From NCBI GenBank assembly GCA_016234485.1, contig JACRBL010000037.1, positions 41,597-105,596 of the forward strand: a stretch of DNA of 64,000 nucleotides, written 5' to 3'. Of this stretch, positions 26,382 to 36,435 are shown one piece after another. The DNA is from Chloroflexota bacterium (GTDB taxonomy: Bacteria > Chloroflexota > Anaerolineae > Anaerolineales > Villigracilaceae). The notes below the pieces were generated by a model. The model saw nothing but the letters and a program-made list of their open reading frames with translations. It ran no database searches and was not told the DNA's origin. Numbering within the stretch: the first letter of the stretch is position 1; each line of letters opens with the position of its first letter. The position numbers were made by a program, and so were the translations under genes.

Positions 26382-28904
26382 ATGTTCCCCAAATCAAATC
26401 TGTTCGCCCGAAAAGCCAGCCTGATTTTTTTGGCTCTTGTCGTCTTTTTTAGCGGCCCTGCCTGCGCGGTGTCGCTTTTCAAACTGCCTGAACTGCCTGG
26501 CTACACGCCCCCGCCTCCCACGCCTTCCATCGCGACCGCCACTCCCCTGCCCATGGCGCAGGTGACGTTCCGCGCCTCGCTCGTGATTCCGCTCGCGCCG
26601 AGCGAGCGACTGTCTCTGCGCGTCTTCGATCTCGCCACAGGACTCGGCTATAACTTTACCGACTACTCCATGCAACCGCGCGACGCGCTCAATTACTCGG
26701 TCACCGTCCCAATGGCGTTGAACTCGGTGGTCGCGTATCGCTATTTCCGCGAGGGAAACAACGCGCACGAAACCAACGCGTCGGGGCGTCCCGTCAATTA
26801 TCGCATGTACTTCGTGACAGGCGCCGCCGAAACCGTGGACCTGGTGGCGGCCTTCGCCGACCATCCCTACGGCGGCCAAACGGGAGGCATGCAAGGCACC
26901 GTCATCAACGCCGACACGGGCGCAGCCCTTCCGAATCTTTTGGTGACGGCGGGCGGAGTCCAATCCATCAGCGATTCCACGGGACGGTTCGTGTTGCAGG
27001 GCCTCCCGATCGGCACGCACACCGTCGTCGGCTACGCGATGGACGGCGGATTCGCCACCTTCCAACAAGGGGCCACGGTGGCCCAAGGTCTGGCAACCCC
27101 GGTCGAGGTCCGCGTGAGACCGCAACCGCTCGTGCCAGTCGCGCTCACGGTCCACGTCCCCACAAATACGCAGGAGGGCGCGCCGCTCCGCATTGCGGGC
27201 AACCTTCTGCAATTGGGAAACACGTTTGCGGATCTGCGCGGCGGCTCATCCACCGTGGCCGACCACATGACCTACCTGAGTTACGCGGGCAATAACATTT
27301 ATAGCGGCACGATCTACCTGCCCGCCGGCGCGGACGTGCATTACAAGTACACGCTCGGCGACGGTCTGTGGAACGCGGAACGCAATGGCGATGGTAATTT
27401 ATCCACGCGGCAGATGATCGTCCCTGCCAACGGCGCGACCGTGGAAGAGGCCGTTTATCAATGGCAAAGCGGACACTCCGCGCCCATCAGTTTCGAGGTC
27501 ACTGTGCCGCCCGAAACGCCCGCAGGCGAACACATTTACATTCAATTCAAAACATCCGATTGGACGGAACCCATCCCAATGTGGTCGGTGCGCGACAAGG
27601 TTTGGAAATACATCCTCTACGCGCCGCTGGATCGCTCGGTCTTCTATCGCTACTGCCGAAGCGGGCAATGCGGCGTAACCGACGATGAAGCGACCGCGGG
27701 CGATTCCGCTTTTGGACGGCAGATCGGCACGGCCATGTTGGGGCAGGATATCCGCGACAACGTCTCGCGCTGGATGTGGCTGCGCGACAACGGCCCCGCC
27801 GCGCTGGCCGGCAGTAGCGTGGTGCGCCGCCCCGACAACTTCATGGCGGGCGTGGAATTCTCACCTGTCTATCGTCCCAACATTTCCGCATCCATTCCGC
27901 AGGCGATTCAAAACGTGCAGGCGCTCGGTTCCAACTGGACGATTGTGACTCCCACCTGGACGATTCAATCCGTCAACCCGCTTCTCTTTGGACCTCAGCC
28001 GGGCGCGGACCCACTCTGGAACGAAACCACGCTGACGATTTCTCTCGCCCGCGCGCTGAACCTGAACGTGGGCGTTTTCCCACAACCGCGCTTCCCCGCC
28101 TCTTCCACCGACACTTCGACCTCGCTCAGTGCAAGCTATTGGATGGGCGCGACGCGCGACGCGGTTTGGTGGCAAATCTGGTTCGACAACTACCGCGCCT
28201 TCGCCCTTAATTACGCCGACCTGGCCCAGCAAGCCAACGCGCAGGGACTCGTGCTCGGCGGCGACTGGGTCGCGCCGGCCCTCCCGAATGGGACGCTCCC
28301 CGATGGCAAGCCCTCCGGCGTCCCGACCGACGCGGATACGCGCTGGCAGGTCATCATCAACGAGGTGCGCGCCCACTTCCGCGGGCAAATCCTGTGGGCC
28401 ATGCCCTACTCCCCCGCTGGCATGTCCACACCCGCTTTCATCTCCCAAACCGACGGCGTGTATTTGCTGATCGCGGGCAACCTGAGCGAGAACCCTTCTC
28501 CATCCAAGCAGGAGATGGAAACCGCGGCCGCCGCGCTTTTAGATAACGGCGTCGCGCCCCTGCAATCCATGTTGAACAAACCGATCTACCTCGCGTTTGG
28601 CTACCCATCTGCAAACGGCTCCACGGCCAACTGCCTGCCCGCCAACAGCGCCACCTGCCTCAGATGGGACGCGCTCAACCAGCCCGCCGCCGACCGCGCC
28701 GAACTCAGCCTCAACCTGCAATTGCAAGCCGATATCTACGAAGTGTTGCTGGCCGCCGTGAACCTGCGCCCGTGGGTGAGCGGAGTGGTGAGCCGCGGCT
28801 ACTACCCGCCCGCGCTGTTGCAGGATAAATCCGCATCCATCCACGGCAAGCCCGCGGGCGATGTGATTTGGTATTGGTATCGGAGATTTTTGGGGTTGCA
28901 GTAA
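26382..28904 (+). CDS. secreted multidomain protein: CarboxypepD_reg-like and CBM20/starch-binding-like beta-sandwich modules plus a C-terminal putative glycoside-hydrolase-like domain
   Basis: 840 aa. Signal peptide ASLIFLALVVFFSGPACA. GTVINADTGAALPNLLVTAGG..TDSTGRFVLQGLP (carboxypeptidase regulatory-like). Repeated ...YKYTLGDGLWNAE / YRYCRSG modules. Function uncertain. Confidence 0.45.
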   Translation: MFPKSNLFARKASLIFLALVVFFSGPACAVSLFKLPELPGYTPPPPTPSIATATPLPMAQVTFRASLVIPLAPSERLSLRVFDLATGLGYNFTDYSMQPRDALNYSVTVPMALNSVVAYRYFREGNNAHETNASGRPVNYRMYFVTGAAETVDLVAAFADHPYGGQTGGMQGTVINADTGAALPNLLVTAGGVQSISDSTGRFVLQGLPIGTHTVVGYAMDGGFATFQQGATVAQGLATPVEVRVRPQPLVPVALTVHVPTNTQEGAPLRIAGNLLQLGNTFADLRGGSSTVADHMTYLSYAGNNIYSGTIYLPAGADVHYKYTLGDGLWNAERNGDGNLSTRQMIVPANGATVEEAVYQWQSGHSAPISFEVTVPPETPAGEHIYIQFKTSDWTEPIPMWSVRDKVWKYILYAPLDRSVFYRYCRSGQCGVTDDEATAGDSAFGRQIGTAMLGQDIRDNVSRWMWLRDNGPAALAGSSVVRRPDNFMAGVEFSPVYRPNISASIPQAIQNVQALGSNWTIVTPTWTIQSVNPLLFGPQPGADPLWNETTLTISLARALNLNVGVFPQPRFPASSTDTSTSLSASYWMGATRDAVWWQIWFDNYRAFALNYADLAQQANAQGLVLGGDWVAPALPNGTLPDGKPSGVPTDADTRWQVIINEVRAHFRGQILWAMPYSPAGMSTPAFISQTDGVYLLIAGNLSENPSPSKQEMETAAAALLDNGVAPLQSMLNKPIYLAFGYPSANGSTANCLPANSATCLRWDALNQPAADRAELSLNLQLQADIYEVLLAAVNLRPWVSGVVSRGYYPPALLQDKSASIHGKPAGDVIWYWYRRFLGLQ

Positions 28905-28932
28905 CGTATTGCGTATTGCGTATTGCGTAACG
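28905..28932. repeat. heptanucleotide tandem repeat (CGTATTG)x3 plus CGTAACG
   Basis: CGTATTG CGTATTG CGTATTG CGTAACG, immediately after the stop codon of 26382-28904. Confidence 0.8.
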
Positions 28933-28966
28933 AGCGTGAGACTTTTTGTCTCGCGCTCGTTTTTTT
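28929..28966 (+). terminator. rho-independent terminator between convergent genes
   Basis: AACGAGCGTGAGAC-TTTTT-GTCTCGCGCTCGTT, followed by TTTTT. Confidence 0.7.
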
Positions 28967-29053
28967 CACAGGTGGTTTTCCTTCGTGTACTCACCTGCAC
29001 TGCACCAAACGCAGTGCGGTGCAAGTGTCGTGTCCTTTGTGGTTAAGGCTCTT

Positions 29054-30097
29054 TCACACAAAATATTTCTTTCGCAATGCGAACGCCACGTTGATCAGCC
29101 CAATCATCACAGGCACTTCAATCAGCGGGCCGATGACGGCCGCGAAGGCCGCGCCGCTTTCGATGCCGAAGACCGCCACCGCGACGGCGATTGCCAACTC
29201 GAAATTATTGCTGGCCGCGGTGAACGAGAGAGTGGCCGTCTTTGAATAGTCCGCGCCGACGGCTTTTCCCATCCAGAACGAGACGAGGAACATCACCACG
29301 AAATAGATCAGCAACGGGATGGCGATCCGCACCACGTCCATCGGCAGTTGCACGATCACGTCCCCCTTCAGCGAGAACATGACCACGATGGTGAATAGCA
29401 AGGCAATCAACGTCAACGGGCTGATTTTGGGGACGAAGACTTTGTGATACCAGTCTTTGCCTTTGGCGCGGACGAGGATGAGTCGCGTGAAAAATCCCGC
29501 CAGGAAGGGGATGCCCAAATAAATGAACACGCTCTTGGCAATCTCTCCAATGGTGATGTGGACGATGTTGCCCGTCAGCCCGAACCAGGTGGGCAGGACG
29601 GTAATGAAAACGTAGGCATACACGCTGTAAAACAAAACCTGAAAGATGCTGTTGAACGCGACCAGTCCCGCCGCGTATTCGGTGTCGCCCTTCGCCAGCT
29701 CATTCCAGACAATGACCATCGCTATGCAACGCGCCAGGCCGATGAGAATCAATCCCGTCATGTAATCGGGGTAGCCGCGCAAAAAGACGATGGCGAGCGC
29801 GAACATCAACACGGGGCCGATCACCCAGTTTTGCGCGAGCGAGAGACCGAGAATCTTCCAGTTACGAAACACGTCGCCCAAGTCTTCGTAATGTACCTTC
29901 GCCAGCGGCGGATACATCATCAGGATCAAGCCGATCGCAATCGGAATGTTCGTCGTGCCGACCGAGACGGCCTTGTTGAAGACGGCCACGGTCACGGGCA
30001 TCAAATAGCCAATGCCCACGCCGATTGCCATCGCGAGAAAAATCCACAAGGTCAGGTAGCGGTCGAGAAAGGAAAGTTGTTTGCGGGGTTCGGTCAT
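29054..30097 (-). CDS. acr3: arsenite efflux transporter, ACR3 family
   Basis: 347 aa. [24 protein letters not shown] at the N-terminus and ten TM segments, typical of Acr3. Sits in the ars operon context. Confidence 0.85.
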   Translation of the reverse strand: MTEPRKQLSFLDRYLTLWIFLAMAIGVGIGYLMPVTVAVFNKAVSVGTTNIPIAIGLILMMYPPLAKVHYEDLGDVFRNWKILGLSLAQNWVIGPVLMFALAIVFLRGYPDYMTGLILIGLARCIAMVIVWNELAKGDTEYAAGLVAFNSIFQVLFYSVYAYVFITVLPTWFGLTGNIVHITIGEIAKSVFIYLGIPFLAGFFTRLILVRAKGKDWYHKVFVPKISPLTLIALLFTIVVMFSLKGDVIVQLPMDVVRIAIPLLIYFVVMFLVSFWMGKAVGADYSKTATLSFTAASNNFELAIAVAVAVFGIESGAAFAAVIGPLIEVPVMIGLINVAFALRKKYFV

Positions 30098-30105
30098 GTT
30101 GTCTC

Positions 30106-30495
30106 CTATTTGAGCAGGTCGCGCATCACGCGTTCGATGTCGTCACGCACCTCGCGAAAATCATCCATGTCATCGGTCAACGCGGGGTCGGGAAAACTAT
30201 GGTGGACTCGTCTCCCCTTCCCCAGCCAGACGGGACATTCCTCCGCCGCCGAATCGCAAACTGTGACGACAAGATCGAACTCCACCTCGCGGAACTCGTC
30301 CGCCCGCTTCGACCGGCCCTCGTGCTGGATCCCGATTTCCGCGAGCGCTTCCAAAGCCTTCGGGTGGATGTAGCCCGCAGGCTTTGTCCCCGCGCTGACG
30401 GCTGTCCACGCCTCGCCCATGCGCGCATTAACAATCGCCTCCGCCATCTGCGAACGACAGGAATTTCCCGTGCAAAGAAACAGAACTTTTTTCAT
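30106..30495 (-). CDS. arsC: arsenate reductase, LMW-PTP/thioredoxin-coupled type
   Basis: 129 aa. [20 protein letters not shown] is the CX5R P-loop, and downstream Cys residues ([11 protein letters not shown]) are present. Confidence 0.85.
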   Translation of the reverse strand: MKKVLFLCTGNSCRSQMAEAIVNARMGEAWTAVSAGTKPAGYIHPKALEALAEIGIQHEGRSKRADEFREVEFDLVVTVCDSAAEECPVWLGKGRRVHHSFPDPALTDDMDDFREVRDDIERVMRDLLK

Positions 30496-30562
30496 CTAAA
30501 TTTCTCCTCGAATTGGTCACCCGCTTTTACCATATCAGAAGAGGAATTGCGTTATCGCCGTG

Positions 30563-30820
30563 TTAAGAACTTGCCGTCTCCAGCGCGCTGGTCAGGAAGA
30601 TGGTGATCTCGGCTTCGCTGGGGATGCGTCCCGCCGAGACAACCTTCTCATTGATGACCAGCCCCGGCGTGGACATGACGTTGTACTTCATGATGTCGGG
30701 ATATTCGGTCACTTTGACAATCTGCGCTTCGATGCCCAGATGTTGGGCTGTCCGCTCCGCAAGCCAGGCGAGGCACTTGCAATTTTCGCAACCAGAACCG
30801 AGGACTTTGATGGTAAGCAT
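30563..30820 (-). CDS. thioredoxin-fold protein (redox-active disulfide protein 2-like)
   Basis: Trimmed to the ATG at 30820: MLTIKVLGSGCENCKCL...STPGLVINEKVVSAGRIPS. The CxxC motif and ~85-aa size are typical of the small thioredoxin-like protein paired with the neighbouring permease family. Confidence 0.7.
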   Translation of the reverse strand: MLTIKVLGSGCENCKCLAWLAERTAQHLGIEAQIVKVTEYPDIMKYNVMSTPGLVINEKVVSAGRIPSEAEITIFLTSALETASS

Positions 30821-30843
30821 GGGGAACTCCTGAGGGGGAAGGG

Positions 30844-30875
30844 GAAGAGAGTAGAGAACAGAGAACAGAGAGCAG
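30844..30875 (-). repeat. heptanucleotide tandem repeat (TCTCTNN)x4, read on the minus strand
   Basis: Minus strand: CTGC TCTCTGT TCTCTGT TCTCTAC TCTCTTC. It ends ~23 nt upstream of the ATG at 30820. Confidence 0.75.
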
Positions 30876-30896
30876 TGATTGGTGGTTGGGGAGGGG

Positions 30897-31943
30897 TTAG
30901 AGAATCCAGTTGAAGAGGTAGCCTGTGAGGATGATGGCGATGGCGATGACGGCAAAGAACGTGAGTAGTAATGGCATTTTGAGGACGCGTTTGAGAATGA
31001 CCGCCTCGGGCAAGCTCAGGCCGATGACCGACATCATAAAAGCCAGCGCGGTTCCAATGGACGCGCCTTTCTCGATCAACACCCCCACCACAGGGACGAT
31101 GCCCGCCGCGTTGGAATACAGCGGGATGCCGATCAACACCGCGGCAGGTACGGACCACCAGGCCTGCTTGCCCAAAATGGACGCCAACGCGTCTTCGGGA
31201 ACGTAGCCATGAATCCCCGCACCGACGGCGATGCCGATGACCACGTACAGCCACACTTTGCCGACAATCTCTTTTACAGACAGCCAGGCGCGCTCGATGC
31301 GATCTGCCCAGGTCATTTTTTCCTCAAAGGCTTGCCCGCCGCCCTTAACCTGCCAGACGAAATCTTCCACATACCTTTCCATTTTTAACCGCCCGATGAT
31401 GAAGCCCGCCAGGATGGCGACGGTCAGGCCTGAGGCAACGTACAGTCCCGCCACCTTCCAGCCGAAGAGACCGAACAGCAGGATGACCGCTACCTCGTTG
31501 ATGGTCGGCGCGGCGATCAGGAAGGAGAAGGTCACGCCGAGCGGAATCCCCGATTCCACGAAGCCGATGAAGAGCGGAACGGCGGAACACGAGCAAAACG
31601 GCGTGACGATTCCAAGCATTGCCGCGAAGGCATTGCCCACGCCCTCGCGTTTTCCTCCCAATAAAGAGCGCGTCCGCTCGGGGCTGAAGAAGGTGCGGAC
31701 GATCGAGATGAGGAAGACCATCCCCGAAAGCAGGAGCAGGATCTTCGGCACATCGTAGAGGAAGAACGCCACCGATTCGCCGAGATGGGAATCGCGCGCA
31801 AGCCCCAACGCGGAGTAGGCGATCCAGTCCGCGAGGGGTTGGATGAGGTTGTAGGCAAGAAGCCACGCGAAGATGGCAACCGCCAAGGTGACATAGATTC
31901 GTTTATTTGAAGGGTGAATTGAAGGGGAGGTGAGTGTGGTCAT
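30897..31943 (-). CDS. permease (DUF318/ArsP-like, putative organoarsenical or metalloid efflux permease)
   Basis: 348 aa, multi-TM. The conserved Cys pair TPFCSCSAVPLFIGF is characteristic of the ArsP_1-type permease family. ars operon context. Confidence 0.65.
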   Translation of the reverse strand: MTTLTSPSIHPSNKRIYVTLAVAIFAWLLAYNLIQPLADWIAYSALGLARDSHLGESVAFFLYDVPKILLLLSGMVFLISIVRTFFSPERTRSLLGGKREGVGNAFAAMLGIVTPFCSCSAVPLFIGFVESGIPLGVTFSFLIAAPTINEVAVILLFGLFGWKVAGLYVASGLTVAILAGFIIGRLKMERYVEDFVWQVKGGGQAFEEKMTWADRIERAWLSVKEIVGKVWLYVVIGIAVGAGIHGYVPEDALASILGKQAWWSVPAAVLIGIPLYSNAAGIVPVVGVLIEKGASIGTALAFMMSVIGLSLPEAVILKRVLKMPLLLTFFAVIAIAIILTGYLFNWIL

Positions 31944-32062
31944 ACTTTATTCAAAACCCCGAAGGGGTGACAGGATATTGAGGTTCATGTCATCACTTCG
32001 AGATTACGTCGCGGGGATGTCGGTGGTTACAATCATTTCATCCCTTCAGGATGATTCGACGC

Positions 32063-32431
32063 CTACGTGGGCGCGCAGTGTGGACATTCGCACGCGGGAT
32101 AGACGCGCGTGTTGATGAGCGCAGAAACGGCTTCGGCGGAGAGTCCGCTCAAGGTGGCCGCGCCCGTTAGCAAGTCGAGGATGGAGGCGTTGGTCAGTCG
32201 GTAGTAAACGTAGCGGCCTGCGCGTCGGTCGGTGAGGATGTCCGCTTTACGGAGGGACATCAGGTGTTGGGAGATGTAGGCCTGCCGCCAGCCGAGCGCG
32301 GTTTCGAGATGGCAGACGCAGGCTTCGCCGCGTCCGATGGCAAGCAAAATGGCGACGCGTTGCGGCGAGGCGATGGCTTGAAGCGGCGTTGCAATTTGTT
32401 CGGAAAGACGGGGGATGGATGGCTTTTTCAT
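32063..32431 (-). CDS. arsR: ArsR/SmtB family metalloregulatory transcriptional repressor
   Basis: 122 aa. Winged HTH with ACVCHLETALGWRQAYISQHLMSLRKADIL..RRAGRYVYYRL. The CVC metalloid-binding motif lies in helix 3. Confidence 0.85.
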   Translation of the reverse strand: MKKPSIPRLSEQIATPLQAIASPQRVAILLAIGRGEACVCHLETALGWRQAYISQHLMSLRKADILTDRRAGRYVYYRLTNASILDLLTGAATLSGLSAEAVSALINTRVYPACECPHCAPT

Positions 32432-32707
32432 ACGCTACCAATGTTTCGTCTTTGCGAGGAGGGCGGTTTTCCGACGAAGCAATCTCCTGGCAGTGCGTGG
32501 GGATTGCTTCGCACACTTGCCCTGGCGGGCAGCGCCAGGGACAAACGCTCGCAATGACAGTGAACTGAATTTATTGTACGACTCATTCGGAATTTTGAAT
32601 GTGTTTTTTGTCATGGATTGGCGCGCTGAACTTCCTGCTTTGCGTGGGAAGGGTTGGTAAAATAGCAGACAATTCGACTCTCTTTTTCCGCCTGTTGGCG
32701 GAGGCTG

Positions 32708-33454
32708 ATGATGAACTCCCTTCTTTATTTACTGGTTCCCATGATCGCTTTTCTCTACGCCAGCGTCGGCTTCGGCGGCGCGACGGGCTACCTGGCGGTG
32801 ATGAGTTTCTTCGAAATCCCGTCGCAAGAGATGGCCACCGCCGCGCTGGTTTTGAACATCCTCGTTGCGGGCATTTCGTTTTCATCGTTTTATCGCGCCG
32901 GACACCTGCGCCGCGACCTGCTCTTGCCCTTTGTGGCCGCGTCGGTTCCCGCCGCGTTCATCGGTGGGTATTTCAAAATCACAGACGAGATCTATTCCAT
33001 CCTGCTCTACGCCGTGCTGACCTTCGTCGCGATCCGCCTGATGTTCTTCGGCAGTCCACAGGACGACAGCCAGCCCCTCCGCCGCGTTCCTTTTGCGTGG
33101 GCGTTCCTCATCGGCCTTGGGATCGGAGCGCTTTCGGGCATGATCGGCATCGGCGGCGGAATTTTCCTCTCCCCCGTCATCCTCTTCGCGCACTGGGGCA
33201 ATGCCAAACAAGCCTCCGCCGTGGCCGCGGCCTTCATCGCTCTTAATTCGATTAGCGGACTCGTAGGGCGCGTTGCCGGCGGGACATTTGAACTCACCTC
33301 GTTTGGGCTGTCGCTTCTCCCCTTCGGGTTGGTGGGCGCGCTGATGGGAAGCTATTGGGGAGCAGTGCGTTTGAACAGCCTCAACCTGCGCCGCGCCCTG
33401 GGGGTTGTCATGACGTTTGCAGTATCCAATTTCTGGTGGATGTTGTGGAGATAG
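32708..33454 (+). CDS. sulfite exporter TauE/SafE family membrane protein
   Basis: 248 aa. LVPMIAFLYASVGFGGATGY and the internal repeat GIGALSGMIGIGGGIF are typical of DUF81/TauE. Confidence 0.8.
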   Translation: MMNSLLYLLVPMIAFLYASVGFGGATGYLAVMSFFEIPSQEMATAALVLNILVAGISFSSFYRAGHLRRDLLLPFVAASVPAAFIGGYFKITDEIYSILLYAVLTFVAIRLMFFGSPQDDSQPLRRVPFAWAFLIGLGIGALSGMIGIGGGIFLSPVILFAHWGNAKQASAVAAAFIALNSISGLVGRVAGGTFELTSFGLSLLPFGLVGALMGSYWGAVRLNSLNLRRALGVVMTFAVSNFWWMLWR

Positions 33455-33565
33455 CAAATCAGGTTCATCGCGTCTGACGTCTCACAAAATGGGGTTATAC
33501 TCGCCGCGACTCTGCGATGAGGCGCGGGGTTATAGTTTTCGTTCAAAAATCGCCCTGGAGGAACA

Positions 33566-36172
33566 ATGAAAAAAGTTTGGAAGTTCATCAGCCGATTACT
33601 GATCGGCATCGTCATCCTCGCGCTCATCGCGGGCGCGGGGGGAATGTTTTATTTCAAGTCTTATCTGCCCAACACGGTTGCGGAAAAATCCTTCCCGCAA
33701 ATTGACGGGGAGATCAAGATCGAGGGACTCAACGGCCCCGTGGACGTGTATCGCGACGCGATGGGCATCCCACACATTTACGCGTCCACCGCGCACGATC
33801 TGTTCTTCGCGCAGGGATACGTCCACGCGCAGGATCGCTTCTGGCAGATGGACTTTTGGAGGCACGTGGGTTCGGGTCGCCTCTCCGAAATGTTCGGCGA
33901 GGGACAGGTGAACACCGACAAATTCCTGCGTACGCTCGGCTGGAGGCAAGTGGCCGAACAGGAATATGCCGCGCTCGGCGCGGATTCCAAAGCCATCATT
34001 GACGCTTACACCGCGGGCGTGAACGCTTATATCGCGAACCGTTCGCCGATCGAACTCAGCCTGGAGTATTCCATCCTGACAGGCGTTTTGAATCCCGATT
34101 ACAAAATCGAGACGTGGACACCGATCCACTCACTGACGTGGGGCAAGGCCATGGCTTGGGATTTGGGCGGCAACATGGGCACAGAGATCAACCGCGCCAT
34201 CCTGCTCAAGACACTCACCCCCGAACAACTGGCCGAACTCTTTCCGCCCTACCCGGAGGATTATCCCGTCATTGTTCCAAAGATCGGCGAGAATGCATCC
34301 ACTGTCGAAAGGCAAACGCCTGCCGTGAGCAATGTCGAAGGGTCGAAAGTCGCGTCCGACCTGCAACTTTCGACTTTAGATATTCAACCCCTTGCTGATA
34401 ACCTCGCCTTGATGGAGACCGTTCTCGGCCGTATCGGACCTGGGATCGGCTCGAACAGTTGGGCAGTCTCTGGGGCGCTGACGACAACCGGCAAACCCCT
34501 GCTCGCCAACGATATGCACCTCGGCATCCAAATGCCGTCCATCTGGTACCAGAATTCCCTGCACTGCCTGCCCGTTTCCGAGGCTTGCGCCATCGAAGTA
34601 ACCGGCTTCTCGTTCCCAGGCGTGCCAGGCGTGGTCGCGGGACACAACGCCCACATTGCCTGGGCATTCACCAACCTCGGCCCCGATGTGCAAGACCTCT
34701 TCATTGAGAAAGTCAACCCCGACAATCCGAACCAATATGAAGTGGATGGAAAATGGGTGGACTTTGAAACCCGCCAGGAAACCATCACCGTTGGCGGCGG
34801 CGACCCCGTGGAGATGACCGTCCGCATTTCGCGGCACGGCCCAATCATCTCTGAAACGTATGGCGCGCTCAAAGATGAATTGAATCCCGATAACCCCGAT
34901 GACAAAGCCTTCAAAGACCAGTCTGGGGTTGAACTGCCCGAACACTACGCTATCGCCCTCGCCTGGACAGCGCTCACGCCATCCACGCCCTTCGAGGCCA
35001 TCTGGGGCTTCAATCAGGCTCAAAACTGGGAAGAATTCCGCGCAGCCGCGCGCGGCTTCCACGTCCCAGCGCAGAACCTGCTTTATGCAGATATCGATGG
35101 AAACATCGGCTACCAGACGCCCGGCGACATCCCCATCCGCAAAAAAGGCGACGGCTCCCTGCCCGTGCCAGGTTGGACGGGCGAATACGACTGGGTGGGC
35201 ATGATCCCCTTCGATGAATTGCCCTACGCGTTCAACCCACAAAGCGGCTATATCGTCACCGCCAACAACCAGGCCAACCCGCGCGACTACCCCCATCTGA
35301 TTTCCATGTACTGGTCATACGGGGAACGCGCCGCCCGCATCGCGGACATGATCGAGAACGCGCCCGGCAAGATCGACGCGGCTTACATCCAATCTATTCA
35401 CGGCGACTCAAAAAGCCTGAACGCCGAGGATCTTGTCCCGGTATTACTCTCGGTCAATCTGGACCCTGCGCTGGCTTCTGTCCGTGATCGTTATCTTGGC
35501 TCATGGGATTACCAGGAAACCGCCGACTCATCCTCTGCCGTCCTCTTCGAAGCCTTCTGGTGGAACCTGTTGATGAACACCTTCTCCGATGATCTGCCCG
35601 AGGAATACCTTCCAGAAGGCGGCTCACGCTGGTACATCGTGATGCGCAACCTCATCGCGGACCCCCAAAGCCCCTGGTGGGACGACCAGGCCACCGCCGA
35701 CAAAGTGGAGACGCGCGACGACATCTTCGCCAAATCCTTCGCGTCCGCGGTGGAATGCGAGGTCTGCATTGATAAATTCGGCAAAGATATCAGCCAATGG
35801 AAATGGGGCGAACTGCACTCCGCCACCTTCCGCAACCAGACGCTGGGCAAATCGGGGATCGGCCTCGTCGAAACGCTCTTCAACCGCGGGCCGTTCGTCA
35901 CAGGCGGCGGCGAAGCCATCGTCAACGCCACAGGCTGGACGGTGGGCGTCTCCTTCGAGGTGGACTGGCTTCCCTCCGAACGCGAGATCGTGGATTTAAG
36001 CGACCTCGATAACTCGCTCGCTTTGCATACCACCGGCCAATCAGGTCACGCTTATCACCCTCATTACATTGACATGGCGCCGCTCTGGGCGACGGTAAAG
36101 TATTACCCAATGTGGTGGGAACAAGAGTCGGTAGTCGCGGACGCCGAAGGGCATTTGAGACTCGTGCCGTAA
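33566..36172 (+). CDS. penicillin acylase family protein (Ntn-hydrolase S45; possible acyl-homoserine-lactone/beta-lactam acylase)
   Basis: 868 aa. N-terminal anchor. RDAMGIPHIYASTAHDLFFAQGYVHAQDRFWQMDFWRH. The autoproteolytic nucleophile context is GIGSNSWAVSG. Confidence 0.85.
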   Translation: MKKVWKFISRLLIGIVILALIAGAGGMFYFKSYLPNTVAEKSFPQIDGEIKIEGLNGPVDVYRDAMGIPHIYASTAHDLFFAQGYVHAQDRFWQMDFWRHVGSGRLSEMFGEGQVNTDKFLRTLGWRQVAEQEYAALGADSKAIIDAYTAGVNAYIANRSPIELSLEYSILTGVLNPDYKIETWTPIHSLTWGKAMAWDLGGNMGTEINRAILLKTLTPEQLAELFPPYPEDYPVIVPKIGENASTVERQTPAVSNVEGSKVASDLQLSTLDIQPLADNLALMETVLGRIGPGIGSNSWAVSGALTTTGKPLLANDMHLGIQMPSIWYQNSLHCLPVSEACAIEVTGFSFPGVPGVVAGHNAHIAWAFTNLGPDVQDLFIEKVNPDNPNQYEVDGKWVDFETRQETITVGGGDPVEMTVRISRHGPIISETYGALKDELNPDNPDDKAFKDQSGVELPEHYAIALAWTALTPSTPFEAIWGFNQAQNWEEFRAAARGFHVPAQNLLYADIDGNIGYQTPGDIPIRKKGDGSLPVPGWTGEYDWVGMIPFDELPYAFNPQSGYIVTANNQANPRDYPHLISMYWSYGERAARIADMIENAPGKIDAAYIQSIHGDSKSLNAEDLVPVLLSVNLDPALASVRDRYLGSWDYQETADSSSAVLFEAFWWNLLMNTFSDDLPEEYLPEGGSRWYIVMRNLIADPQSPWWDDQATADKVETRDDIFAKSFASAVECEVCIDKFGKDISQWKWGELHSATFRNQTLGKSGIGLVETLFNRGPFVTGGGEAIVNATGWTVGVSFEVDWLPSEREIVDLSDLDNSLALHTTGQSGHAYHPHYIDMAPLWATVKYYPMWWEQESVVADAEGHLRLVP

Positions 36173-36207
36173 CGCAAGTCTGAGATTTGCGCTACAACAA
36201 AAAATGA

Positions 36208-36251
36208 TCCCGCCCCAATCGCTTCGCAAGCGAAAGGGGCGGGACTTTTTG
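36208..36251 (+). terminator. rho-independent terminator after the acylase gene
   Basis: TCCCGCCCC...(inner hairpin CGCTTCGCAAGCG)...GGGGCGGGA, followed by CTTTTTGT. Confidence 0.7.
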
Positions 36252-36435
36252 TATTCGTCTGCCTCATCAACAGGATGCTCATTGTGACAAAATCCGTTTA
36301 AGCAAGGCTTAAACAAAGTTGCACAAAAGTTAAACGCTACGTTGAAGCGTTAAACAGGGTTTTTTGATATGCTGTCACACGGCGGCGTCATCCATGCCGT
36401 TGATGGTTCCAATCAATTCTTACCAAGGAGAAAAT

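Noticed and set aside
30709-31254. 181-aa Arg/His-rich ORF and other alternative-frame ORFs inside the permease and thioredoxin genes of the ars operon.
   Set aside because: They overlap genes with clear family signatures in another frame, and their composition is implausible.
36255-36435. Repeated TTAAAC words (GCTTAAAC, GTTAAACGC, GCGTTAAAC) upstream of the delta-60 gene as a possible operator.
   Set aside because: There are only three short, imperfect copies. That is not enough to call a site without comparative data.
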